A stretch of DNA of 63,338 nucleotides, filler included, from Basidiobolus ranarum (GCA_040143965.1; 30 parts of 30 records of this genome joined end to end with filler, not necessarily neighbours in it), one strand, 5' to 3'. Numbered from the whole stretch's first letter, positions 36,011 to 48,682 are shown. Numbers and translations are program-made. Notes: generated from the sequence alone by a model not told the origin.

Positions 36011-36273
36011 TCCCAGTCTTAAACATATTTCCCTAAATCCTAATCTGTCTTTTTCTTTGAAGGTTGCCCTGGCTTCTATATGTGTTGGCTGCTTTGTGTT
36101 GGTGTCAGAATCTGTAATTTCTTCTTCATCTAGTTGAACTACTTCCCAGACATGTTTACCTCCAAGCACAAGTTGCATCTTGAATTTCCATTGGTGGAAA
36201 TCTTCCCCGTTGAATGTTGGAATATTAGCAATCTCCTTTTGGGAAGAAGACTCTAATTCACTTGTTGCCACCA
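36011..36273 (-). mobile_element. Copia family A: PBS (TGGTGGCAAC, 36273-36264) and gag start
   Basis: IPTFNGEDFHQWKFKMQLVLGGKHVWEVV, directly downstream of LTR A. Confidence 0.88.
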
Positions 36274-36590
36274 TGCATGAGGATCTTGACATAATGGGGG
36301 TACACTTTGGGTATTAGAAGCAACTTATGATAGTGTGTTTTAGTTACCTTATTCACAAGAGTATATGGTGATTTATATAGTAGAAAAGTAAATCAATTGT
36401 TTCAGATATTTAGGAGTTTGTGTAATAAGATATAATAGATAAGTGATGGTAATAAGATGTACTTGTTATAGAGATATAGAGATATTCATATTTAGAATAT
36501 AGGGGCTATAGATACATTGCTTTCTGTTTCTGATGTATGTATCATAACTAAAGTTAACTACGATGTTGAATAAACATTAGCTATCCAACA
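36274..36590 (-). repeat. 5' LTR of copia family A, inserted in the pol of another copia
   Basis: Homologous to solo LTR 18330..18648. The minus strand starts TGTTGG at 36590 and ends TGCA. Confidence 0.88.
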
Positions 36591-38024
36591 GATCAAACTT
36601 TGATCCCAAATATTTGTATTTTAAGCAAATATCAACAGTGCCTTTCAAATATCTGAAAATTGACTTGACTACTATGATTTGATCAGATCCATAGTTTTGA
36701 AGATATTGGCACTTAACTCCCACAGAGTATGCAATATCTAGCCATGTTCCAATCATGATATATCTCAAACTACCAACCATAGATTAATAAGGAAATTTAT
36801 GGCTTTCAATTGAATCCAAGAATATCTGATTTGAGGCATTTTTGGTCAAGTTAGGATTTGTCTCCATTGGGATAGATACTGGATTACATTCTTCCATTTT
36901 AAGCTTCTTTAGTATATCTAGAATATACTTGGATGGGTTTAAAATTATTGTTTTGGTAGCTCTAACTATCTTAATTTGGATTCCAAGATAGTATATCAGT
37001 TCACTAAGATCAGTCATTTTGGATTTGGCAGATAAACTGGATTTGGCTTTCTCCAAAGTCTTCAAGTAATTGGTTGCTATAATAAGGTCATCTACATATA
37101 AGGCTAATAAAACTGGATTTGTCTAATCTGGCCTGAAGAAGATGCTATAGTCTGCCACAGTATATTCCCTATTCAATATATTTTGCTTCAACTTGCAATA
37201 TTTATATAAGCCCCATGTATTCCTTAATCAGACCTCAGTCAGATAAATGCCAGTTATCAGTAAAGATTCTTCCCCAAGTATCTTCTCTATCCAGCCTTTC
37301 TTGTCTTCTCATGTCTTGTGGTCTACACTGAAGTACTTTCCTGCCTTCTAGCCTCTTGTCATTGTTTCCAGTCCCTGTCCAGTTCCCTATTGTGAAATAT
37401 TGTGTTTTCCAGAGTCTGAAAACTCTTTTAGGCTTTTATGGGTGCACAAATCCATCTGGCTGGTCCATATAGATCTACTCAGCAAGCTCACCATTCAAAA
37501 AAACAGCTTTAACATCCATTTGATGTAAAAGAAACTGATATTTAGCTGAAATTGCTAAAATCAATCTAGTTGAATTGAACTTTCCTACAGGAGCAAAAGT
37601 ATTTATATAATTTATCCCTGGTATTTAAGAATAGGTTTTGGCTACCAGTCTAGCATTGTACCTTTCTATATTGCCATCAGAGTTGTATTTAACTCTAAAC
37701 AACCAGTGGCAGCCAATTGATTTTCTTTCATCAGATAAGTTGGTTAAAATCCAAGTATGCTCATTAATCAAAGCCCGGTACTCATCAGCCATTGCAGATC
37801 TCCAAGATTTCATGTGAGGGCCATTCAGGGCCTCTTTTACAGTCTGGGGTTCATGTATTTGAGCTGTGCATGCATAGGCTTGATTTTGGGACTCATTGAT
37901 ATAGTAATAAGGGCATTTTCTGATCCTATTTGATCTCCTGGTTTGGGATAAAGGTACTACAACTTCTGGTATACTCTGCTACTGCTGATGCATGAAATTT
38001 TGAAGGCTTCAGTGATGCAGATTG
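36591..38024 (-). mobile_element. Ty1/copia RT fragment containing an LTR-Y piece (about 37154..37397)
   Basis: SIGCHWLFRVKYNSDGNIERYNARLVAK, KMTDLSELIYYLGIQI, MVGSLRYIMIGTWLDIAYSVG. Confidence 0.92.
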
Positions 38025-38124
38025 NNNNNNNNNNNNNNNNNNNNNNNNNNNNNNNNNNNNNNNNNNNNTTAATTAATTAANNNNNNNNNNNNNNNNNNNN
38101 NNNNNNNNNNNNNNNNNNNNNNNN

Positions 38125-40137
38125 GGCCTTGGGTGATTGTTTAAGTCCATAAAGTGATTTTTGTAGCTTACACACATTCTCAGGGTGCTCAGGAACTACC
38201 AAACCATCTGGTTGAGCCATGAATATATTCTCTTCTAAGTCCGCATTCATAAAAGCAGTTTTAACATCTATTTGATGGATTTTTAAGCTATATTTTGCTG
38301 CTACTGCTAGTGTGGTTCTGATGGAATTAAACTTTGCTACAGGAGAAAATGTCTTATTGTAGTCCACTCCTTCCATTTGAGAGTATCCTTTAGCCACAAG
38401 TCTGGCTTTATATCTCTCTATAGTTCCTTCAGCTTGCTGTTTAAATTTAAACACCCATCGGCATCCAATTGATTTATAGTCATCAGGTAACATATCCAAA
38501 GTCAATGTATGGTTATCTATGAGTGACTCATACCCCTCTGCCATTGCAGCACTCCAAACCTTTTTGTTGGGACTATCAATAGCCTCCTGTACTAATTTGG
38601 GTTCATTAGAAAGGGCTAAATTAGCACTAGGCTCCTTTTGGCTAGTGTGCAAGTAGTAATCAGGTGGAGATCTCATCCAATTCAATCTCCTAAGAAGGGA
38701 AATTGGCACCACAACCTCTGGTACCTATTTAGATAATGAAACCATCTCAGGCTTGGTTGAGGAGACTTCAGGTAAGGAATTTTCAATGTTTTTCTCACTG
38801 ATCAGGATCTAGTGAGAAAAAGAAGAATTTTCATCAATTTGTGGTTGTTTTTCTTGATCCTGGATTGTTTTGATTGAAACATTTTCTTCTTCAGCAAATT
38901 CCACCGCCCTTGAATTAATAAGCCTCTTATTTTCAGTATCATATAGCCTGTACACTTTTGTTCCATCACAATATCCCAAAAAAAGACAATTCTGTCTTTT
39001 TTGGTCTACTTTTGATCTCTTCTTGTCTGGAATCATTGCATATGCAGTACTTCCAGAAACTCTGAGATTAGCCACATCAGGTTTACTTCCAAACCAAGCT
39101 TGATAAGTTGTCATAGCTAATAGAGACCCAGAAGGACATCTATTCCTATTATATACTGCAGTTGCAATGGATTTAGCCCAGAACTGTTTTGGTAAATCTT
39201 GATCATGAAGCACTGATCTTGCCTTTTCCATTATTGATCTGTTTGCATATTCTGCTACTCCATTCTGCTGTGGAGAATATGGTACTGTAGTCTGCTGTTT
39301 TATCCCATGTGTTGAGCAGAAGTTAGAGAAAAATTTTGATGTATATTCCCCTCCATTATCAGTACTGATAATCTTAATCATCATATATGTTTTAGTCTCC
39401 ACCATTGCTTTGAAACTCTTGAAGATATCAAAGGCTTCATCCTTACTGGACAGAAAGTACACCCAAGTATACTTTGTCTTATCATCAATAAAGGTCATAA
39501 AATTCCTTTTTCTGCCTAAGGATTTTGTCTGCATTGGGCCACACAAATCTGAGTGTATTGGGCCCAATTTATGATCAATTTTGCTCATTCCAGAGCCCAC
39601 AAATGGCTGTTTGTGTTGCCTACCATATAGGCACCTTCACATTGCTCCATATTTGGTGGAAATACAAATTTTAGTCCCACAACCATCTTGTTTTTGATTA
39701 AATTTCTCATATCTTCAGTTCCTAGATGACCCAATCTCCTATGTCAGCTTTTCCAGTCTATCTCTTCAGCTGTGGCAGTATTAACTTGATCATATATTGG
39801 CCTAATATAATGAAGTTGATACAAGCTATCTTGCTTAGCTGCAGAAGCTACGTATTTTCTTTTTTGAACCCGGATTGTACAGCCATTTTGATCAAAATTA
39901 AAGCTATATCCCTCAGATGAAGCTTTACTCACTGATAACAAATTTTTTGCTATCCCAGGCTCATATAGCACATTTTTTGGTGTCAAAAACATGTCCCCAG
40001 AGATGCCCCCAAGAACCACTTCAATTTCTCCCACTCCCAGAGCTTCTAATGGCCAGTCATCTTCCATATAAACCTTCTTGTTTATGTCAATTTTGAGTGT
40101 CTTAAACCAGTTTTTTAGATTAGAGAAATGTTTAGAG
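38125..40137 (-). mobile_element. Ty1/copia protease-integrase-RT (best-preserved copy)
   Basis: 263-aa integrase ORF (HSDLCGPM, TDNGGEY, PQQNGVAE) upstream of an RT ORF (YKARLVAKGYSQ, QIDVKTAF, KSLYGLKQSP). IN before RT is the copia order. Confidence 0.97.
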
Positions 40138-41779
40138 NNNNNNNNNNNNNNNNNNNNNNNNNNNNNNNNNNNNNNNNNNNNTTAATTAATTAANNNNNNN
40201 NNNNNNNNNNNNNNNNNNNNNNNNNNNNNNNNNNNNNAATAGAGGCATGCATATTAATTAGCTATTGGCAACATTTCTGTGCCATCCAAAATTTTACATA
40301 TTCAGCCATATTTCTACCTTAAGTAGGCTGGCCAAGCTTAGTGATATTGTTGAGTTATATTTCATTACTCAAATATATGCATATGAAGAGGCTAAAAATA
40401 ATAAGCTTCTCATACTTCTTCATTCTCATTAGGGCTTGAATAACAAGCCTGCAATATCAGAATAGAGGCATCCATATTAATTCAAATTCCTCTAAGTCAA
40501 AGTTAGGTGAATAGCACCTCATTTTTTGGTTAGTAGTTTATTCATATTATGATCATTTGGTATTGAATTCTGACATTGAGAAATGTGTTTATATTGCTCT
40601 AATTTGGTAGGAATATCAATTAGATCACTTTACCAATTTTTACTTTTGTTTCAAATCTTCTCCAATCACCTCAAACTTTCACCTGTGTATTATAGTTCAT
40701 AAGTAGCTAAGAATTTGAGGGAGCTGAGTAAGCTAATATTGTATTCACTACAGCTGGACTGAAGTTTAATGAGAGCACTACTCCTGTATATATGCTTAAG
40801 CTGATAAGACTTGTTCCATTGGACCAGGTCAGATTGTGCCGCTCAATCCAGCCTGCTAATACACCATCTGGCGTGATCTGTCAGTTACCATGGCTGGGCC
40901 CTATAACACTCAATTGGACACTATAAGGAACAATATGGCACTATCACACCACAATTGGACATGATGATTTTATTGGAGATATTGTGCCAGCCCATACCAA
41001 GTTACCCGATTTAGTATTGCCAAATTATGATTTTGGGTAACTGACAAAGCAAGTTCATCCCCTAGTTTGTAACTTACAAATTACTGAATGTGTAACAATA
41101 AACAATTTATTCTGTAACTCACCCAATCAAATGTATAACTGAGACATTCACATGTATTGAGGCCAATCATTTGTCTCACACAGACACAGTATCCTGATTT
41201 TCAATTAGGTGCAACAGCTCCTGCATTACTAAACACCTGTAGTTTTGGCACACTGGTGACAAATCACACCACTTGATGATGGATTTATCTGCAGTATGAT
41301 ATTAGTGATCAGGATCACTTGATTCATCACTTTGGATCAGCAAATTATTCATTCAGTCATATAAGCTTCTAATTGGTTGAAAATGTGAACCAATTGAGCC
41401 ATAATGAGCCAGTATGGCTGCACAACCTTTTCATCAACAGACATTTTTCATTTGATTGTAATGAAATTGCTTGTATCAATAGGCTATCATTGATTTTTTT
41501 GAAATATGACAATTTATGCTATTAGTGTTTCATAAGCACATAAGCAATTGTGATCTAACTGAAGCAACTTGTGCTATATTAAACTGCAATCCATATCAAT
41601 TTTGCATGATGCCCTAAACAGTAAAGATAGGATAATGTAAGTATTAACAAGAGTATTCTGCAGTTGCCTGGGTTTGAATCAGTACATGCGGATTTGCTTC
41701 TGTGACTTTTGTTGTCTCCTTGATATTTCCATGTAAGGAACTTTGCTTGAGCCTCTGCACTGAGTTGGTTGGTTTGATC

Positions 41780-42247
41780 CTACTGAAGCTCCTCTACCTT
41801 GGCCAGCATGAGTTGTGGCTTGAGATCAATGTGCTGTGGTATGCATTGGCTCTCCAGTCTAGTTTGCAGTTTGTTTGTATCTACAGTCTCTTCTTCTGAT
41901 GTGGAGCCTTCACTTAATGGGTCAACCAGCCATTGCTGCTGGTGCGCAGCTCTACATGTTGACCCAGAATGTCTCACTTGAGGTTTGTGCTTGACAGTTA
42001 TTGCTTCTTCAACCATGGTAGAAGCTTCATCTCTTTTGACCAGCCGCTGTGACCTCTGTTGCATGGCAGAACATGTTGGAGCAAGTTGCCTCAATTGAGG
42101 TTTGTGCTTGTCAGATATTGCTTCTTCAACCACGGTGGAATAGTCATCTCTTTTGACTGGCCGTGACCCTGGTTGCATGTCAGTATATGTTGGAGCAAGT
42201 TGTTTACCTTGTTGTTTGTGTTTGGTGGTTATTGCTTCTTCAATTAC
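41780..42247 (-). repeat. In-frame tandem repeat (units of about 114-117 bp) in an open frame of unknown function
   Basis: EEAI..KHK.Q.+QLAPT...MQ..S..VKRD..ST.V repeated about 3 times; open from the contig edge to 41780. Confidence 0.7.
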
Positions 42248-42449
42248 AGNNNNNNNNNNNNNNNNNNNNNNNNNNNNNNNNNNNNNNNNNNNNTTAATTA
42301 ATTAANNNNNNNNNNNNNNNNNNNNNNNNNNNNNNNNNNNNNNNNNNNNTATACAAGCAACTGATTGGCCTTAGACTTTGTGTTCAGAAGCAGTCACCAT
42401 ACTCCATATTTTCCTCTTTGGGAATTACTGCTTGTACCACAAGTCACCA

Positions 42450-43596
42450 GACTTTCAACAGCTTCCAGCCTTACTGAACACAAAATATAATCCTTGAGTT
42501 GTTGCTTGGCTTACTGAGAGTAGATTCTTGGCTATTTCTGATACATAGATTATATCATCTAATTTTGCAGATGGCATAGCTGAATTTTGGTCTAAATTGA
42601 GTACAACTGTGCCCTTGCCAACTGCATCTAGTGCAAAGTCATCACCTATGTAGACTTTCCTTGTTTGGATTGGCTTTAAGCTGGAAAACCAATCTTTCCT
42701 GTTTGACATATGCTGGGAATCTCCTGAATTAATGAACCATGTTTCTGAGTCATCTTTAGTGGTTACTGATAGGGCAGACACAAATAGATGATCACTATCA
42801 GTGCTTACTTGATTTGCTTGTTCGGTTTTTAGCTTTTTTGCAAAAATCCTCTTTCTGCAACCTTTAATTAAATGGCCTGGTTTCTTGCAATACTTGCAGA
42901 TGATTAATTTCCTAATATGGCACCATTATTGCAGCCTGTTGGATGTTGTAGAGCTCCAAAAAATGCCTGTTCTGCAGTATTTTGCTGAGAATTAGATCTC
43001 CTTAATTCTTCATTGAAAAGCTGAGCACCAACATATTTCATTGTTAATAGCCCTGATCTTGATTCTAGGGCAATTATGAGGTTCCCAAACTTGTCTGGCA
43101 GGCTCCCAGGTAGTGTCAAGACCAAGTCATCTTCATTTTGAGGTGCTTCAATGGATGAGAGCTGATCTGCCATAGCTTTTTTCTGATTTATATGATTAAG
43201 CATAGAATCATCAGGATTCATCTGAATTGAGAATTATTTTCCCCTGAGATATAGCCTATGAGCAAGACTTTTAGTCTCATATAGTCCCTTCAGTGTTTCC
43301 CAAGCATTTTGGATTTTTTTGGCAGAATGAATGTGCCTCAATTGAGAATCTGTGGTGTAGACAAACTGTAGAGTGTGCTTTCCTCTACTTCTTGTGAAAG
43401 GCAAGGATAGCTTCTGGTGGTCCCTTTGGCTCTATTTCTTCTCCTATAACAAATTCCAAAGGACCTTGTCTTCTAGCACCATTTGCATCTTGAACTTCCA
43501 GAGGTGAAAGTCTTCACCATCAAACTTTTCTGTGGATGCAAAAACATTGGTAATAGTACTGGTAGACATTCCTTTAACAGCTAGCTTGGGGCTCAT
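42450..43596 (-). mobile_element. Ty1/copia family Z gag-protease, pseudogenised
   Basis: FDGEDFHLWKFKMQMVLE, CKYCKKPGHLIKGC knuckle, WFINSGDSQHMSN. Confidence 0.94.
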
Positions 43597-43600
43597 AACC
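43588..43600 (-). promoter_or_regulatory. Primer-binding site GGTTATGAGCCCC (initiator-tRNA anticodon-arm type)
   Basis: Abuts the LTR end ...TTTATCA. It is the complement of GGGCTCATAACC, the anticodon arm sequence of yeast tRNAiMet. Confidence 0.85.
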
Positions 43601-43933
43601 TGATAAAAGTGTTTTGGGCAAGATTTAGATTTGTGAATTAAATACTTAAGTTTTATTGAATTAATTATGTGCTATTTATAGCTTTCTATGAAATAGAACT
43701 ATTGGCCATGCTTAGATCATAACAAACATGCCTGTTTAGCATGGGTGAAAATTTGAGGTGATTAGGAGAAGTTTTGAGAAAATAATGAAAATTGGTAAAT
43801 ACAATCTATTTGATTTTTCTATTAATTAGAGCAATAAACACATGTTTTTGAATTGTAGAGTTGAATGCTAAATAATCAATATAAGAATAAACTAACTATT
43901 TAATAATGAGTTGCTATTTACCTAATTTCAACA
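43601..43933 (-). repeat. 5' LTR of family Z, inserted in tnp2
   Basis: TGTTGAAATTAGG...TTTATCA on the minus strand. Confidence 0.88.
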
Positions 43934-44360
43934 TTTTTTGTTTAGCAAGAAACTGTCCAGAGCTAATGCAAATGCATGATCATACATGTTCTCAAAGAAA
44001 CCTTGACTTTTCAGATTCTGGTAGTGATATCCATTAACTATATTGGTAATAACATCAGCTTTACAGTGAGTGCTTTGGTACTGGATCAATGATCTATATT
44101 TGGGTGATTTCATCAAAACTTCAAGATGGGAAATCAACAGTATGTAAGCCATATATGAGCAATATTTACCTGATTCAGTGCTTGCCAATTCTGTGCAAAC
44201 AGTACATGACTTCAGATTTTTCAGATCACTGGTGAAAGCCAATCAAACGTTTGGACATGAAGGTAGTTTAATTACTGAAGGATTATAAGTCATACAATTG
44301 AGAAGTGTTTTCCACTTGTACCAGGTCTGTGGCAAGCAACAGTTGCCAATCAACTGTGGT
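43934..44360 (-). mobile_element. Tnp2 transposase fragment
   Basis: AFTSDLKNLKSCTVC..GYHYQNLKSQGFF..ALALDSF. Confidence 0.9.
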
Positions 44361-44460
44361 NNNNNNNNNNNNNNNNNNNNNNNNNNNNNNNNNNNNNNNN
44401 NNNNTTAATTAATTAANNNNNNNNNNNNNNNNNNNNNNNNNNNNNNNNNNNNNNNNNNNN

Positions 44461-45430
44461 TGTGTTACGGAAGGTCCCAGGACCATGTGCACAAGATATG
44501 CTTGTAGCACCAGTCTGAAAAACTCTATCTAGCTGAGAACTTCTGAGTTGGTAAAAATATTCCAAGTAAATTCCAATTGATAACAATGGATAACATCTTA
44601 GTGGATTATAAGATAATTAAGTACCAAACTACAGAAGACCATATAGGTGTTTAGACGATGCTAATTTCTACACTCTCCCTGAATTAAATAGTCATATATA
44701 ATAACTCTAATAAAGGTGTAAATTTCTCAAATTACTGTCCAGCTAATGGTTTGGTTAATATATCAGCAATCACGTCTTCTGTAGGACAATAAGTTAAGTC
44801 AATAAACTTATTCTCTATAGGTTCTCTAATGAAGTGATGTTTAACATCTATATGTGTGCTTCTCTTTTGAAATATTAAATTTTTTAGATAATATAATTCA
44901 ACTTCGATTATCTAGAAAAATTGTAGTTTGTGAATCTTGAGAATAACCAAATTCTGTTCAGAGTTTTCTTAACCATATTGCTTCTTTTGCTGCTTCCCAG
45001 ACAGTCATTTATTCCACTTCTGTTGTTGAAAGTGCTATGGTTGGTTGTATCTTTGTATTCCAAGAAACAGCTCCATTAAAGCAAAGGAATAAGTATCCTG
45101 TTGTAGATCACCTGTCTTCAATATCTCTTCCTTAATTTGCATCTGCATATCCCATCAGATCAAATTTTGATCCAGAATATGTTTATTTTAAGCATAAATC
45201 CACAGTACCTTTCAAATATGTGAAATTTTGCATAACTACTATGATTTGATCAGATCTATAAGTATGAGATACTGGCAGATAACTCCCACAGAATGTACAA
45301 CATCTTGCTGTGTTCCAACCATGATATATATTAAACTACCAACTATTGATTGATAAGAAAACTTCTGGCTTTCATTTGAATCAAAAAATATATGATTTGA
45401 GCCATTTTTGGTCAAGTTAAGATTTGTGTC
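44461..45430 (-). mobile_element. Copia 3' end: RT/RNase H, PPT (AGGGAGAG, 44680-44673) and 3' LTR of family B (44672-44461)
   Basis: IALSTTEVE, KRSTHIDVKHHFIRE, YCPTEDVIADILTKPL. The LTR is homologous to 62364..62711 and 57118..57198. Confidence 0.9.
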
Positions 45431-46471
45431 CCCCAGTACAAATATGAGAATTGTTATTGTTGTAAAACTGTCACAATTTTAATCCATTTGGGATTGATCA
45501 TTTACTTACCATCCTAAAATCATCAAGTTAGATTTGATTTTAATGAATTTTTTAAATTTCAGGAGTGACATATCAAGATCTTGCAAAATAGTTGCACATG
45601 ATTGGCTACAATCTCTGAGAACTATGGATCAACACATGTGCAAAAAACATAACTCATATTTTAGACTTTTACCACTTGAACACTAATTTGTCACCTTTGA
45701 GATCCTTAGTTTCTTTGATATATTCTCCTTAATATTTTTATAGAGTTCTTCATACCCAAGTTTAGCTTGTATCCAACACAAGTTTGTATCAATATCTCCA
45801 TCAAAGCCCACCATTATATTAATATTGCTGAATCAACATTCTTCCAGCTAGCTGGTGGATACCCTGCAATATTGTGCTAATCTATATTAGGTTCTTCCCA
45901 GATATCTGCATACTTGACACCATTCTCAATGTCAAGTTGAATGTTCTTCTTCTGAAGCCACTTTCTGCATATTTGCACCGCTTTTTTCCCTTCATACTTT
46001 TGAAAATAATCCTTGATTACTTTGACTATTGTTATACATCCTTGTAGTGTGACACTACTGAGGGTACTTTGCGGTGTTTGTGTGGCTTTTTGCTTGCCTT
46101 TAACTTTGGGGCTAATTTCAACACTTTGAAAAGTAGCAGTTGAGGTAGGAGAACAATGAGTTTTATTTGCTAGTATTCTGGCGTGTTGAGAGGTGCCAGG
46201 TATTGTATAAACTATAAATTAACACTCTTCCAACTTGTGTACCTGGTTCCATGGTGAAATTAGGATTTTTTGCCAGTATATCTGACTCTGGAAATAATGG
46301 TGTGAATAATTTGGTAAGCAAGACAGTAGAGCCTAAACTGACTGGCTCTTTTGCTTTTCCCTTGGGTTTACTAACTTCCTGCTCCTTGTGTACCTCTTTA
46401 GCTGCTATTCTTTCTTTTCCAAGTTGATAATGCATACATTTTTGAGAAATTTTGTGAATAGGCATAAACTA
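45431..46471 (+). mobile_element. CMC transposon left end and 3' half of ORF X (minus)
   Basis: Aligns to 14457..14645 and then 4671..5215. Confidence 0.82.
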
Positions 46472-46976
46472 NNNNNNNNNNNNNNNNNNNNNNNNNNNNN
46501 NNNNNNNNNNNNNNNTTAATTAATTAANNNNNNNNNNNNNNNNNNNNNNNNNNNNNNNNNNNNNNNNNNNNGGTTTTTTTCCTTTTGGGCCAGCAGGCTT
46601 TGGCTTGGAAGCCAATTTTGACTTAGATTTTGAACGCTTTTTGAATGGCATTGAAATTTTCAGATGGTAAACTTGGTGTAATATTGCATGGAAATTATAT
46701 AATAAACTACATCAGCAAAGTTAATCATAGTTTGATCCAAATCAATTTATTAAGCGCATATATTGAAACGGCTCAAAGCAGAATGCATTATGCTTGATAA
46801 CACTATAGGAAATTAACTTTGACATTTTAACCAATAATATAAAAAGATCCCTAATTCTGATTGAAACCAATAGAGTCCAACATCATATATATACATGGTA
46901 GCTACATATCATGTAAAAGCAGATTCTTCCTGATTCATAACCTACTCTGGTAGAGGAAACCACCACTTCCAAAATT

Positions 46977-47663
46977 TTGTGCACACAGTCAAATGAAGGT
47001 GTGGGTGGCGCAAAGCAGCGCACACCTAATGATTTTACAGATGCCCAGGTATCCACTATGAATTCTTGCTTGGATATATGGGAGTTATTGATAAACTTGA
47101 CAGAAGCTGGGGAAGGGGGCATTAGACAAAAGTGGAAGCAACTTTCAACTCTGCTTTGGAGAGAATACTATATCTTCATGCCTTCAGAAGTCTGCAAGAA
47201 AATATACAATAAGACTCATGAGGATAGAAAGCATGAATTGAGAAATAGGAATTTTGATTTTGAGTCCGCAAAGACACAATTCCAATTGCATTTTTGCTTG
47301 CATGGACCAGAAGCAATTGTTGCAGCCTCAACTTTAGAGACAAAAGATGTTCTAAATAGATATCTACCACTGCTCAATGAGACTTTGCAGCAACTGTTGA
47401 TGGAGGTTGCAGAGTTCAAAACAACATTTCAGGACACTATGGCAAGAGTAATCAACAGAGGTGTAAAGAGAAAAGCAAGACAATTTATTGAATCAGAAGA
47501 TATTCCCAAAGGCAAATTGGAGCAGTCTAGACCATTGCAGAGATGTACTAGATCACTCCAAATCAAAGAGACTCCTGACAAGGTATCTATTTCACAAGAA
47601 GAATCTACACAACTCACCACTAGAATTGAGGTAACACCTCCAACAAGGGCAAGAGCCCAATGA
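46977..47663 (+). CDS. Unknown ORF with a Myb/SANT-like N-terminal motif and coiled coil, probably transposon-borne
   Basis: FTDAQVSTM..W..KWKQLSTLLWREY..EVCKKIYN spacing; CpG-depleted and flanked by TE pieces. Confidence 0.45.
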   Translation: MCTQSNEGVGGAKQRTPNDFTDAQVSTMNSCLDIWELLINLTEAGEGGIRQKWKQLSTLLWREYYIFMPSEVCKKIYNKTHEDRKHELRNRNFDFESAKTQFQLHFCLHGPEAIVAASTLETKDVLNRYLPLLNETLQQLLMEVAEFKTTFQDTMARVINRGVKRKARQFIESEDIPKGKLEQSRPLQRCTRSLQIKETPDKVSISQEESTQLTTRIEVTPPTRARAQ

Positions 47664-48204
47664 GTTGGTTCATCAGCTAGTAGTACACATTGACAGCAAT
47701 GCCAGCTTGGAAGAGTCCGTGATGTTTCTCCCATTTTTGATGAAGAGCAAGCAGTCAATGAAGAACCAGAAAGAGGACAGCCCCATATTCACACATTGTA
47801 GCACGCAGGTTGCAGAGTTCAAAACAACATTTCTGGACACTACGGCAAGAGTAATCAACAGAGGTGTAAAGAGAAAAGCAAGACAATTTATTGAATCAGA
47901 AGATATTCCCAAAGGCAAATAGGAGCAGTCTAGACCGTTGCAGAGATGTACTAGATCACTCCTAATTGAAGAGACTCCTGACAAGGTATCCATTTCACAA
48001 GAAGAATCTACACAACTCACCATTAGAATTGAGGTAACACCTCCAACAAGGGCAAGAGCCCAATGAGTTGGTTCATCAGCTAGTAGTACACATTGACAGC
48101 AATGACAGCTTGGAAAAGTCCGTGATGCTTCTCCCATTTTTGCTGAAGAGCAAGCAGTCAATAAAGAACCAGAAAGAGGAGGGCTTGCATTCTCACTAAT
48201 TGTA
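47404..48204 (+). repeat. Recent tandem duplication, period 403 bp
   Basis: Units start AGGTTGCAGAGTTCAAAACAAC at 47404 and 47807 and differ by few substitutions. Confidence 0.93.
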
Positions 48205-48582
48205 CCCTAACAAAATAAAATTGATTTGATCCGGATTGGATCCACCCTCCAAAGTAGCAAAACCATCAGAGAACCGTCACAATATTGCTGGCTTGCATTC
48301 TACCAGGGATATTGATGGTGTGATGGCGGTTTCTTGATGGTATCTTAATGGTATTCGTACATGTTAAAATATTGAACCTCAAATTTGGCATGCATTATTC
48401 AATATCCAGCAATTTTTGCAAAAATATAATTTTTGAATGGCTAATTACTGGGTTTACTGCTGTAGGAATTTGAATTAATATGCATGCCTTTATTTAGATA
48501 TTTTAGGCTTTGTATTCCAGCCATGATGAGAATCAAAAAATACAAGAATCTTGTTGTGTTTAGTCTCTACATATGCACATAT
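48205..48582 (-). mobile_element. CMC transposon right end
   Basis: TA|CCCTAACAAAATAAAA terminus. Confidence 0.9.
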
Positions 48583-48682
48583 NNNNNNNNNNNNNNNNNN
48601 NNNNNNNNNNNNNNNNNNNNNNNNNNTTAATTAATTAANNNNNNNNNNNNNNNNNNNNNNNNNNNNNNNNNNNNNNNNNNNN

